NCBI GenBank assembly: GCA_964530725.1
Contig: CAZGYV010000002.1
Span: forward strand, 26,046 to 90,045
Origin: an uncultured Candidatus Saccharibacteria bacterium
GTDB lineage: Bacteria; Patescibacteriota; Saccharimonadia; CAILAD01; CAZGYV01
Length of the DNA stretch: 64,000 bases
Direction: 5' to 3'
Below, in pieces: positions 37,559 to 47,029 of this stretch (position 1 is its first letter; the number at the start of each line of letters is the position of its first letter). Under the pieces are notes generated by a model that searched no databases, was not told where the DNA came from, and saw only the letters and a list, made by a program, of their open reading frames with translations. A program made the position numbers and the translations under genes.

Positions 37559-38908
37559 ATGAAGCAAATTATCACTAAGACTAAAAAGGCCATTAAGCCG
37601 ATCTTGCGGCCTTTGCTCAATCAAGACGTTGTCAATGCCCTGCACTATCCCGAGGCATTAATTGCCGCTCGCCAGGCCCAGCAACCGACCCGCGACATGA
37701 TCGTCATCGGCATTGTTGGCTCCAAGGGCAAAACGACGACGGCCAACATGCTATGGTCGATCTTGCAAGCCTCAGGCCACAAAACTGGCCTGATCGGCAC
37801 TGCCAACATCCGCGTCGGCGACCACGAGGAACTGAATAAATACCACATGACCATGCCCGAGTCATTGGCTCTACAACAAATATTCGCTCGCATGAAAAAA
37901 AGTGATTGCCGCTACGTCGTGCTCGAAGTGCCATCCGAGGGCCAGACCCAGTGGCGCCACATTGGCATTCACTTCGACCTGCTGCTTTTCACTAATGTCA
38001 CTCGCGAGCTGATGGCCAGCCACAAATATTCCCAAGACATTTTGCACCAGCACAACAGCCGGGTTTTCAAATACCTCAAGCGCACTAAAAAGAAGCGTTT
38101 TGACGGCGAGAAGATCGCCAAAACCATCGTTGCCAACGCTGACGCGGCTGATTTTAGCCGTTATTTCAGCTATCCAGCCGAGCATAAATATAGCTTTAGT
38201 ATTCGTAAAAAAAGTGACTTTCGAGCTGAGCACATAAAAAGTACAGCCAGCGGTACCAGCTTTAGCCTGCGCGGCCAAGAGTACGCGATCAACATCGCCG
38301 GGCCGATCAACGTCATCAATGCCACTGGCGCGATTGCGGCGGCGGCCAGCCTTGGCCTTGAGCCAGCCGTAATCGCCCGCGGGCTAGAAAATCTCAAATC
38401 AATCCCCGGTCGAATGGAGGTGATTGAAGCTGGACAGTCATTTAGAGTCATTGTCGATTACGCTCACGAAGAGACCAGCATGACGGCGCTGATGGAAGCG
38501 GGAAAATCGATGCGGCAGGCAGGCTCTAAAATTATCACCCTGCTGGGTGCCGAGGGCGGTGGCCGCGATGAGAAAAAGCGCCCCATTATGGGCAAGATCG
38601 CTGCTAGTACGAGCGACTACGTCGTGATTAGCAATGTCGACCCCTACGATGATGATCCAGCAACTATTATCGAAACCATTGCCGCCGGTGCACGCACTGC
38701 TGGCAAGATCGAGGACAAGAATTTATTTTGCATCGAGGATCGGCGGGCAGGAATTAACAAAGCCCTGTCGCTTGCCGCGGGCGATGATATCGTGCTCATT
38801 ACCGGCAAAGGCTCGGAGCAGTCAATGGTAATTGGCGATAAAAAACTGCCCTGGGATGATCGCCAGGTCGTGCGCGAAGAACTCGAAAAAATTGTCAAAA
38901 CGAATTAA
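37559..38908 (+). CDS. murE: MurE-type UDP-MurNAc-tripeptide ligase
   Basis: GSKGKTTT, LEVPSEG, PGRME, VDYAH, GGRD..KRP.MG, TGKGSE. Confidence 0.92.
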   Translation: MKQIITKTKKAIKPILRPLLNQDVVNALHYPEALIAARQAQQPTRDMIVIGIVGSKGKTTTANMLWSILQASGHKTGLIGTANIRVGDHEELNKYHMTMPESLALQQIFARMKKSDCRYVVLEVPSEGQTQWRHIGIHFDLLLFTNVTRELMASHKYSQDILHQHNSRVFKYLKRTKKKRFDGEKIAKTIVANADAADFSRYFSYPAEHKYSFSIRKKSDFRAEHIKSTASGTSFSLRGQEYAINIAGPINVINATGAIAAAASLGLEPAVIARGLENLKSIPGRMEVIEAGQSFRVIVDYAHEETSMTALMEAGKSMRQAGSKIITLLGAEGGGRDEKKRPIMGKIAASTSDYVVISNVDPYDDDPATIIETIAAGARTAGKIEDKNLFCIEDRRAGINKALSLAAGDDIVLITGKGSEQSMVIGDKKLPWDDRQVVREELEKIVKTN

Positions 38909-38951
38909 CAAAAATATTGATTTTAGCTCAAATTAATAGTATAATATACTC

Positions 38952-39710
38952 ATGAGAATTACCGAGCTGGCTGAGAAATTAGAGCATTTTGGCCTCAGAG
39001 AGAAAGAAGCAAAAGTCTACCTTGCTTCTTTATTTTTGGGCCCTTCGAGCGTGCAAAAAATCGCTCAAGAAGCCGGCATCAACCGCGCCACCACCTATGT
39101 CGTGCTCGATTCCCTGGCCGAAAACGGCTTAATCTCCCAGTCGCATGAGGGCAAGAAAACCGTCTTTGTCGCCGAAGAGCCGCAGGCTATCGAGAAGCTA
39201 CTGGAGCGTCAGCAAAGGCAAATCGCCGACAACCACCGAGCACTCAGAGAACTACTGCCACGACTAGACGAAATAAGTCGCGTTGCTAAGCCGGGCGCGC
39301 CAGTGGTGCGATTTTACAAGGGTGTCGAGGGAATTTTCAACTCCTTTGACCACGCCCTGCGCCACTCGCCAGCCAAATCGACCATCCTTGGCATTAGCAA
39401 TTACGACGCCGCTCAAAAATACTACGCTGGGCGGGTCTTCAAAGAAAAACCTAAGCGATTAAAGAAAAAAATTTCTTACAAACTACTCTATTCGTCAGCC
39501 AGCGAATCCTATCCGTCAGACAAAAAGAAACTGCGCGAGACTATTCGCCTGGAGACGCCATTTAAGGCCGACATCACCATCTATGATCGTCATGTCTGCT
39601 TTGTCACCTATGACGAAAACGAACCGATCGCGACCATGATCGATAATGCCGACATCGCAGGCGTGATGGCCCAGCTCTTCGAGCTGATCTGGCAAGACCG
39701 CCAAGCCTAA
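38952..39710 (+). CDS. TrmB-family transcriptional regulator
   Basis: FGL.EKEAKVYLA.L..G...INRAT.Y..L..L...GL winged HTH; VRFYKG.EG. Confidence 0.9.
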   Translation: MRITELAEKLEHFGLREKEAKVYLASLFLGPSSVQKIAQEAGINRATTYVVLDSLAENGLISQSHEGKKTVFVAEEPQAIEKLLERQQRQIADNHRALRELLPRLDEISRVAKPGAPVVRFYKGVEGIFNSFDHALRHSPAKSTILGISNYDAAQKYYAGRVFKEKPKRLKKKISYKLLYSSASESYPSDKKKLRETIRLETPFKADITIYDRHVCFVTYDENEPIATMIDNADIAGVMAQLFELIWQDRQA

Positions 39711-39724
39711 ACTGTCAACTTAGT

Positions 39725-39752
39725 TTGACAAAACATACGAAAATGCTATTAT
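39725..39752 (+). promoter_or_regulatory. sigma70-type promoter
   Basis: TTGACA-16 bp-TATTAT. Confidence 0.7.
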
Positions 39753-39758
39753 TTTATT

Positions 39759-40265
39759 ATCCGCTGCCCTAGAGTAGCGGCGCCCTATCCCTACCCAAGG
39801 GAGTAAACATGAGGTTAACAAAGGTGGGTGGCGACTCGTAGTCGTCGTTTCGATCTAAGAAGCGTTAAGCTGATTTTCAAGGCATCTATCAGGCCAGAGA
39901 TGGCATGATAGCAATTATTTAGGTGGCAAGCCTTGAAGCCAGCTGCTGCCGAGTGGATGCCTTAAGCCTTCCCTGCCCCCATAAGCGTCTAATGGCGCCA
40001 GGGCAGATGTGGCGAAAAAGGAGTGGCAACCACGAGCAAAAGCTTCGATGAGTGATTGAGACACGATAGTCGTCACATCATAGAGCAGTAACTGGCGCGA
40101 TGAGCTAAAAGCGCCTGCCAACAAGATTGGCAGTGCGAAAAGCCCAAGCGCGCCGACTCCTCAAGAAAGCGAGCCACCCGCTAACAAAAGTGCTTTGACG
40201 GCAGCACTCCGAAATGCCGTCTCACTTAGCAGCCTTATCGACCTTGTTGTCGATAGGCTGTTTTT
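39759..40265 (+). ncRNA. candidate large structured ncRNA (~505 nt), class unknown
   Basis: Promoter and terminator; long-range stem 39823-39832/40173-40182; GNRA-capped hairpins; G-U pairs on plus; no long ORF. Confidence 0.7.
40230..40265 (+). terminator. intrinsic terminator
   Basis: CAGCCTTATCGAC/GTCGATAGGCTG followed by TTTTT. Confidence 0.8.
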
Positions 40266-40580
40266 ACATACCCAAGTCGATATTTATGTTAATTATTTTT
40301 GACTGTTTTATAGGTGTTTTATTAAGATTATTTAACTTTTTTATGATTTTTTTGTCAATTTTACTTGACAGTTTTTTGATAGTTAATTATACTCTTATTA
40401 TCTATCGCAAATGATAGAGTACGTTGACCGAAACGGAGGGGTTGGTTGAAAACTAAAAAACCAGCCGAACCCCTCCCCTCTCCAGGGGAGGAGGTGGATA
40501 TAGATCCGCTCACAACCGGACCGTGGTTGTGATGTTAGTAGCTCTTTAGTTAGCCACAGGCACTACGAAAGGATGCCAAA

Positions 40581-40760
40581 ATGTGTGATGACCTAGAAGA
40601 AACTCCTCCTGATACAGGCACAAACATCTGTGACCTATCAGATATTTCCACTGGCAGTCCAAGAGACTACGCCGGTGGAGATTGTAACGACGACAACGTG
40701 GGCTTCTTCGAGCCCAGACGAGCCGTAGAACGACAAGGAGCGCTCGCGAGAGCGGCGTAA
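40581..40760 (+). CDS. small acidic peptide (59 aa, below the track cutoff)
   Basis: SD AAAGGA; MCDDLEETPPDTGTNICDLSDISTGSPRDYAGGDCNDDNVGFFEPRRAVERQGALARAA. Confidence 0.55.
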   Translation: MCDDLEETPPDTGTNICDLSDISTGSPRDYAGGDCNDDNVGFFEPRRAVERQGALARAA

Positions 40761-40895
40761 AATGTTGCCCTGTCCAGAAGATGGGCTATGGTGCAGTCCT
40801 GGCCCAGACGACATCGAGGAATTCTTCCCGACAGAAGGAGGAAGCGATCCTCTCTAACCAGACATGTTAGTATCGCCTACTACAAGGAGATAAAA

Positions 40896-40985
40896 ATGGC
40901 TGACGTCGAATACGACAACGGCACCGGCGAGATGGACGAGTGGGACGGAGCCAACTGGGGCTTCGGCGGCTCTTCCCCTAAGTGA
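40896..40985 (+). CDS. small acidic peptide (29 aa)
   Basis: SD AAGGAGA; MADVEYDNGTGEMDEWDGANWGFGGSSPK; followed by a terminator. Confidence 0.6.
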   Translation: MADVEYDNGTGEMDEWDGANWGFGGSSPK

Positions 40986-41009
40986 CCAAGTAGTCACCGG
41001 TTAATTACC

Positions 41010-41048
41010 ACGGACACGAGACAAGAACTCGTGTCCGTTTTTATTTTC
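41010..41048 (+). terminator. intrinsic terminator
   Basis: ACGGACACGAG/CTCGTGTCCGT followed by a T tract. Confidence 0.8.
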
Positions 41049-41171
41049 CTCTTGATACCTATAAGCATTAATGGTATAATGTGGATTGTAATATCGGCAT
41101 GTGACGTTTTGGGACAACTTCTCAAAAAACAGCACAACCGGATTGGCACCACAACCTGGGAGGTAAAGACA

Positions 41172-41390
41172 ATGGAGGGCATCCAATTGGATGTGAGTTG
41201 GCCGCTGCTCGTGACCGCCGTCGTCGGCATCATCACGCTCTGGTCGGTCTTGACGGGCCTGAAGGAGCACGAGCTGCGTAAGTACCGTGCTGCCCAGGAA
41301 GAGACCCAAGCTCGCTACGAGGAGCTCGAACGTCTCCACTTCCAACCCCATCCACCCCAACCCACCCATCGTCTCAAGTCGGTGGGGTAA
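41172..41390 (+). CDS. small single-TM hypothetical protein
   Basis: SD GGAGG; promoter TTGATA-17-TATAAT at 41052-41080. Confidence 0.7.
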   Translation: MEGIQLDVSWPLLVTAVVGIITLWSVLTGLKEHELRKYRAAQEETQARYEELERLHFQPHPPQPTHRLKSVG

Positions 41391-41671
41391 AAAAAAGGAT
41401 CGTTTGGTAGTCGGGCATTCGCTGCAATGCCAAATAGCCGCCCGGCTACCAAGCACAAAAAACCAGCCTCACAAAATCACAAGTGGCTGGTTTACTTTTT
41501 TTATTAAGATTAAGTCGGATGCCCCAGCTAATGCTTGCCTTTTAGCAAGTTATCAGCTGAGGCATCGTGCGACCCTTCAGTTTGTTTTTGTTTCTCCTTG
41601 GTTTGGGTGTTGAAACTTGTAACAATCGAAGGATCGAGGGAGTTTTTATCTTGTCACTTCACCAACCCGTG

Positions 41672-41899
41672 TTAGTCGTCTGACGACATGATGATGGCTG
41701 GTGACTTGTCTTCGGCACACGGACCGGTGTAGAAAGCCACACTCAGCCCGACGGCGCTGCTAGACATGATCATACCGTGGTGACAATGAACGTGATGGCT
41801 GACCTCGTCGTCGACCGCGCTGCGCATAGCGCGCATGGCGGACGCTTGATCGGGTAACCCTGAGGCGATATCGCCTTCGACCGTGGTGACCTTGAACAC
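41672..41899 (-). CDS. small hypothetical protein
   Basis: SD AAGGGG; promoter-like TTGCAA...TACTAT upstream. Confidence 0.55.
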   Translation of the reverse strand: MFKVTTVEGDIASGLPDQASAMRAMRSAVDDEVSHHVHCHHGMIMSSSAVGLSVAFYTGPCAEDKSPAIIMSSDD

Positions 41900-42032
41900 G
41901 GGCGCGCACCCCCTTTTGGGATTTCTGAACTCCAGACTAATAGTACACCCACCAAATTATTTTGCAAGAGATAAAATTCAAAGGTATTTTAAGCCTGAAA
42001 AATCTCTCGATAGAGCGTAAGAAATATAAAAA

Positions 42033-42350
42033 TTATTGGCGATGATTTTTTTGAGTTCGCTTCGATTTTCGGCGCAGAACAAGTCGCGATCGTTCGCCGC
42101 GGCGATAGCTAACCATCACTAAAACCACCGACATAATGACGACAAACGGCAAACTAGCCAGCAGCGTCTCGGCGATCGGGCGCGAGTAGTCATCGATACT
42201 GACTACGTAGGTGATAAGAACAGTCAAACAAACCGCCACAAACAACCAGCCCCGCCAGGTCGACGGCGCAAAGCCCCAGCCAAAGCGCTTGTTCTTAAAC
42301 CAGACTTTGCGGCCAAATATATGATTTTTTGCTGTCATTCGCGCATCCAA
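42033..42350 (-). CDS. small two-TM membrane protein
   Basis: WF..K.FGWG..P.TW.GW followed by two TM helices. Confidence 0.75.
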   Translation of the reverse strand: MDARMTAKNHIFGRKVWFKNKRFGWGFAPSTWRGWLFVAVCLTVLITYVVSIDDYSRPIAETLLASLPFVVIMSVVLVMVSYRRGERSRLVLRRKSKRTQKNHRQ

Positions 42351-42474
42351 AAGCTTATGCTTATCATTGTAACTTAGCCTATAGCGGGCTGGCTAGCCCA
42401 TCACGCTTGTCCTTGCTTTTTAGAGCCTATTTATGCCATAATTTCATATCCGTCTCAGGGAAGAAGAATAGAAA

Positions 42475-43269
42475 ATGATTCGAGCGAGTCGTGACTATTT
42501 GCTGCCGGGCGAGGTGGCCAAGCTGCTTTTCGTCAGCCCTAAAACGATTAGCCGCTGGGCAGACAAGGGATATCTGCCTTACGCCCTAACACCCGAGGGT
42601 CATCGTCGCTTCGACAGGGTTGAGATTTACAGAATTCGCGACGAACTAACTGGTGGCAAACCTAAGCAAGCTCCAAAGGGCACTGAGAGCCAGTCGTCGA
42701 ACCTGCCCATCCTGCTTCTGACCGGGCCGTCGGGCGTCGGCAAGGATACGGTGCTCAGAGCGCTCATCAAGCACCATCCATCGAGGTTGGCCGGAATGGT
42801 CTCGGCCACGACACGGCAACCAAGGAAGGGCGAATGTGACGGTAGGGACTACTTTTTTATCAAAGAGTCTGAATTTCGGCTGATGGAGGCGGCTGGCGAA
42901 TTCGTTGAAACTACCAGATTCAATGGTGTTCGCTACGGCACACCAAAAAGCGAGCTTGACCGCATCAGCAGGGACGGCAAGCAAGCCATTCTGTGCTGCG
43001 ACACGGCCGGTGTCGATAACCTGATCGCGCTCGGCGTGTCATTTCGAGCCGTTTTCCTCGATGTCACAACCCGTGTCCAGGCCCAGCGCATATGCACGCG
43101 CGATCCTCAGATCAGCGAAGCCGAGCTCAACGGACGGCTGCTGAGATCGAGTGATGAGAAAGCCTGGCTCGGACACCGTATCGGGCACCTACCAATTTGG
43201 CCGGTGACAAACAACGGCGAGCTTGAAGAAACCCTGCGGCGGGTCGAGGAGATCTTCGACTTGGCTTAA
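42475..43269 (+). CDS. BldC/excisionase-like HTH fused to guanylate kinase
   Basis: LLPGEVAKLLFVSPKTISRWADKG...TPEGHRRF, then GPSGVGKDT, SATTRQPRKGE.DG.DYFF, YGT. Confidence 0.88.
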   Translation: MIRASRDYLLPGEVAKLLFVSPKTISRWADKGYLPYALTPEGHRRFDRVEIYRIRDELTGGKPKQAPKGTESQSSNLPILLLTGPSGVGKDTVLRALIKHHPSRLAGMVSATTRQPRKGECDGRDYFFIKESEFRLMEAAGEFVETTRFNGVRYGTPKSELDRISRDGKQAILCCDTAGVDNLIALGVSFRAVFLDVTTRVQAQRICTRDPQISEAELNGRLLRSSDEKAWLGHRIGHLPIWPVTNNGELEETLRRVEEIFDLA

Positions 43270-43320
43270 GGGCGAACGACCCGACAACGAGCCCTAACTG
43301 TCTTGTAATAGCATAGATGG

Positions 43321-44301
43321 TTAGGGCTCTAGCTTTTTTCGCTCTGTCATAAACCGCGTCAAAATCACCCGCGCCTGTTCGCAAGTGCTAGTTTCCATCA
43401 GTTCAGCCCGCACTTTAGCAGCACCGTCAAAGCCGTTGACATAGATTTTGAAAAATTTTTTTAATGGCTCGTAGCGCTTTATGCCCTGCCACTGCCGTTC
43501 GTGTAAATCTAGATGATTAAGGAGCAGTTCAAAGCGCGCCGTCGCCGTATGCTCACACTCGCTCGTATCAAAAATAAAAATATTATGAAATATACCGCGG
43601 CCAATCATCACGCCGTCCACTCCGGTTTGCTCGGCCAGCTCCTCCCCTTGCGCCAGGCTTGCCACATCGCCATTGCCAATAATAATCGTCTGCGGTGCGA
43701 TCTGATCACGTAATTTAACCACTTTGGCGATTTCGTCCCAATGAGCCGGTACTTTACTCATTTCCTTAGCCGTACGCCCGTGGATGGTCAGTGCGGCGAT
43801 GCCTTGCTCCAACAGCAAGCTCGCCCACTCCTCAGTAATGATTTTGTCGTAACCAAGCCTCGTTTTGACGCTAACCGGTAACTTACCAGCGCCGCGCTTG
43901 ACGGCTGCGATAATTTCCACCGCCCGCTCTGGCTGCCGGATCATACCGGCACCGCAGCCGTTCTTGACGATGTTTTTCTCCGGACAACCCATGTTGATAT
44001 CAACGCCGTCAAAGCCAAGTTGGACGACACGAGCGGCCAAAGCTTCGTAGTGCACCGGGTCTTTACCCCAAATCTGAGCTATCAATGGACGTTCGCTGCT
44101 GCCAAAGCGCAATTTGGGCTCGACCACCTCTTCGCCGCCGCGCACATAAGCATCGGCATTGATAAATTCAGTGAAAAACAAGTCGGGCTGACCGGCTTTG
44201 GCGACAATCTGGCGAAAAACCGTATCAGTCACATCATCAAGCGGCGCCAGCGCAAAAAATGGCTTTTTAGCAAGTTTTAGTGTTTGCCAAATATTACTCA
44301 T
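43321..44301 (-). CDS. tRNA-dihydrouridine synthase (Dus family)
   Basis: LAP, TEF, DINMGCP, VSVKTRLG, IHGRT, GNGDV, MIGRG. Confidence 0.95.
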   Translation of the reverse strand: MSNIWQTLKLAKKPFFALAPLDDVTDTVFRQIVAKAGQPDLFFTEFINADAYVRGGEEVVEPKLRFGSSERPLIAQIWGKDPVHYEALAARVVQLGFDGVDINMGCPEKNIVKNGCGAGMIRQPERAVEIIAAVKRGAGKLPVSVKTRLGYDKIITEEWASLLLEQGIAALTIHGRTAKEMSKVPAHWDEIAKVVKLRDQIAPQTIIIGNGDVASLAQGEELAEQTGVDGVMIGRGIFHNIFIFDTSECEHTATARFELLLNHLDLHERQWQGIKRYEPLKKFFKIYVNGFDGAAKVRAELMETSTCEQARVILTRFMTERKKLEP

Positions 44302-44425
44302 AAGTGCCATATTATAGCCAAAATTTACCGATTTTTCCACCCCTCATGGCATGGCTTCTTGATACCAAAAGTAATTTTTATTTTTAAGCCATTTATAAAG
44401 TTTTCACGTATAATATAAACTGCTA

Positions 44426-45865
44426 ATGAAGAAAAAAGACCTCAAAGAAGTACCGGAGCCGGACTTTGTTTACGATCCGGAAGATGACAAACCAAAGGTA
44501 AAGTCGCGCGACGTGTCAAACAAGCCAATTTTTACAGCCCCCGAAATAGTTCCCGAAAAATCACCTCGAGCTAAGCGGCGTTTTACGCGTTGGCTGAAAA
44601 TCTTGGGCGGGCTGGCCGTAGTCGCGCTAATAGTAGTCGCGGCCTACATGCTCACTCACGTCAGCAAAATCAGCTCCAACCCCTTCGCGGTTGGTAAGCT
44701 CAAGGGCGAGGCAGAGGGTAGAATTAATATCTTACTGCTTGGCATCGGCGATCCGGGGCACGCCGGCGAAACGCTCGCCGATACCAACATGGTGGTCAGC
44801 ATCAATACGCGCAGCAACGAAGTCGCTATGATTTCCATCCCGCGCGACACCAGAGTCCAAATTCCGGGCTATGGTTACAACAAAATCAATCAAGCTCACG
44901 CTGACGGTTTTCGTAATAAGGGCGATCAGGGCGGCATTGATCTTGCCCGCGAAACGGTAGAAGGTACGCTTGATTTACCAATTCACTACCACGTCAGGGC
45001 CAATTTCTCCGGCCTCAAGCAAGTTGTCGACGCGGTTGGTGGTATTGATATCAACGTCAAAGAGCCGCTCTACGATCCAGAATTCCCGTGTGACAAAAAC
45101 CAATATCTCAACTGCGGCTTCAAGCTCAAAGCTGGCCAACAGCACATGAATGGCACGACGGCGCTCAAATACGCTCGCTGCCGCAAAGGCACTTGCGGCG
45201 ATGATTTTGGCCGAGCAATGCGGCAGCAGGAAGTATTGCAGGCAGTCCGCGCCAAGGCCTTGTCAGGCGAGACGCTCGTCAACCCTGGCAAAGTTAACTC
45301 TCTGATGAACGCTGTCTCAAGCAACATTAAAACCGACCTCTCGGTCAATAACATCACTCGTCTAATCGACATGAGCAAGAAGATCGACCAGAGCAAAACT
45401 ATCAACGTCGTCTTCTCAACCAAGCCCAATGGCTTTCTCAAACAATCAACCGTCAGCTCAGACTTAGTTCCAGTCGACGGAACTTTCACAGCCATTCGAG
45501 AATTTACGAAAAATATTTTTACAGTTGGGCCTATCTGGTCAGAAGAACCAACCATCGTGATCGAGAACGGCACTACCACGGTTGGTGTCGGCAATAAATT
45601 TAGCAAGCAGCTGACCGCTTCGAGCCCCTACATCACGATCGTGACCGTCACCAACGCCCTCAAACGCGACTACAGTGTCAGTAAAATCATCGACCACACC
45701 AACGGCAAAAAACCGCGCACGGCCGCCTACCTGGAGGGGCTGCTGCACGTCAAACCGGCAGCGCCAGAAACTCCGGTCAAGTTCCCGCCAGCCGACTTTG
45801 AAATTATTCTCGGCAACGACTTCGCAGCCAGTGTCACTTCACCAAGCCCGACTCCCGCGAGATAA
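44426..45865 (+). CDS. LCP (LytR-CpsA-Psr) family protein with LytR C-terminal domain
   Basis: NILLLG.G, DT, SIPRD, KIN, VDAVGG, DFGR..RQQ, I.LG.D end. Confidence 0.93.
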   Translation: MKKKDLKEVPEPDFVYDPEDDKPKVKSRDVSNKPIFTAPEIVPEKSPRAKRRFTRWLKILGGLAVVALIVVAAYMLTHVSKISSNPFAVGKLKGEAEGRINILLLGIGDPGHAGETLADTNMVVSINTRSNEVAMISIPRDTRVQIPGYGYNKINQAHADGFRNKGDQGGIDLARETVEGTLDLPIHYHVRANFSGLKQVVDAVGGIDINVKEPLYDPEFPCDKNQYLNCGFKLKAGQQHMNGTTALKYARCRKGTCGDDFGRAMRQQEVLQAVRAKALSGETLVNPGKVNSLMNAVSSNIKTDLSVNNITRLIDMSKKIDQSKTINVVFSTKPNGFLKQSTVSSDLVPVDGTFTAIREFTKNIFTVGPIWSEEPTIVIENGTTTVGVGNKFSKQLTASSPYITIVTVTNALKRDYSVSKIIDHTNGKKPRTAAYLEGLLHVKPAAPETPVKFPPADFEIILGNDFAASVTSPSPTPAR

Positions 45866-45867
45866 CT

Positions 45868-46581
45868 TTAGATAGTGCCTTTTAGGTAAGCTTGGCGGCG
45901 CTTTTCAGGAAGTCGCTCGATCGCGTAACGTAGCATTGTCCGCGACATGGTCTTATAACGCTCATTTTCGGCCAAGAAATCTTCCAAGATCTTCTGGTCG
46001 CATCTTTTACCCACTTCGCGCAACATCCAGCCGACAGCTTTGTGGATCAAATCATGCTCGTCATCAAGCAGTAGCTCGGCGAGCTTGAGCGACCATTCGG
46101 GATTACCTTTTTGGATGAAATAAAATGTCGAAATAATGGCGATCCGCCGCTCCCAGATGCTCGAAGACCGGGCCAACGCAATCAAAACGTCTTTATCACG
46201 CTCCTCCAAAAAATTGCCAACAATATAGCCGGCACTCGAGTCAACAATGTCCCAATTGTTAACATATTCGGTGTGATTTAAATAAAAGTTGTAAATTTCT
46301 TCCTTGTGATAATCATCAGTCTGCTTGTACTGCATGACCAAAATTAGCACCGCCAAGAGACGCTCTTCGTGAACCTTGCTTTTTAAGAGCGTTTCGATTT
46401 CCGCCAAGCTTAGATCGCGATGGGCTTTGGCGACTTTGCGTAAATTTGGCACGGCCACGCCGATAAACTCGTCTCCTTCGCCATACTCGCCCGGACCGGT
46501 TTTGAAAAACCAAGCCGAAGCTTTGGCGCGTTCCGGATCGATGTAAGTTTTCAGCTCCCTTCTCAAACTGGCAATAGACAT
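45868..46581 (-). CDS. DNA alkylation repair protein (AlkD-like)
   Basis: FFKTGPGEYGEGD.F.G, NNWDIVD, HKAVGWMLRE.GK, LRYAIE. Confidence 0.92.
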   Translation of the reverse strand: MSIASLRRELKTYIDPERAKASAWFFKTGPGEYGEGDEFIGVAVPNLRKVAKAHRDLSLAEIETLLKSKVHEERLLAVLILVMQYKQTDDYHKEEIYNFYLNHTEYVNNWDIVDSSAGYIVGNFLEERDKDVLIALARSSSIWERRIAIISTFYFIQKGNPEWSLKLAELLLDDEHDLIHKAVGWMLREVGKRCDQKILEDFLAENERYKTMSRTMLRYAIERLPEKRRQAYLKGTI

Positions 46582-46710
46582 GTAATGATTTTACCATAAG
46601 GAAAAGCGCGGATTAGAAACCCGCGCTTTCGTATTTACCTAAAAAGCTGTTTGCCCTTAAGGTGATTTTAGCCCAATAATTTGTTTTGACCTGGAGTAGG
46701 GCGGGCTTAC

Positions 46711-46932
46711 TTACCACCAGCTAGGCCAGCCTGTGAAGTGACCGCTCACGAGCATGGCGACGAACAAAGCCACCGTCACCAACGCGCTTATGAAAGTAGT
46801 GCCGCCAGTGGCCTGTTCGCTGCGCGAGCTAGTGTCGTGCGACACGATTGCGATGGCCGTGACCGCAAAACCGATAAAAAACAGCCCCATGAAAATGGTT
46901 GTCAACATCAGCGCTCCCAAGCTTTTCAGCAA
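46711..46932 (-). CDS. small two-TM hypothetical protein
   Basis: Hydrophobic 73-aa ORF. Confidence 0.5.
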   Translation of the reverse strand: MLKSLGALMLTTIFMGLFFIGFAVTAIAIVSHDTSSRSEQATGGTTFISALVTVALFVAMLVSGHFTGWPSWW

Positions 46933-47029
46933 AGACCCTATCGTTTTAGCATGCGCGTGTCACGACCGTCAAGTGCTGGCTTTAGTCCGATCTGGTGTTA
47001 TAATCAAGTCATAATTTCTTGGAAAAAGC

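Noticed and set aside
39915-40414. 69-aa and 66-aa ORFs over and after the second RNA
   Set aside because: One is antisense to the promoter/terminator unit; the other crosses the terminator into AT-rich promoter DNA.
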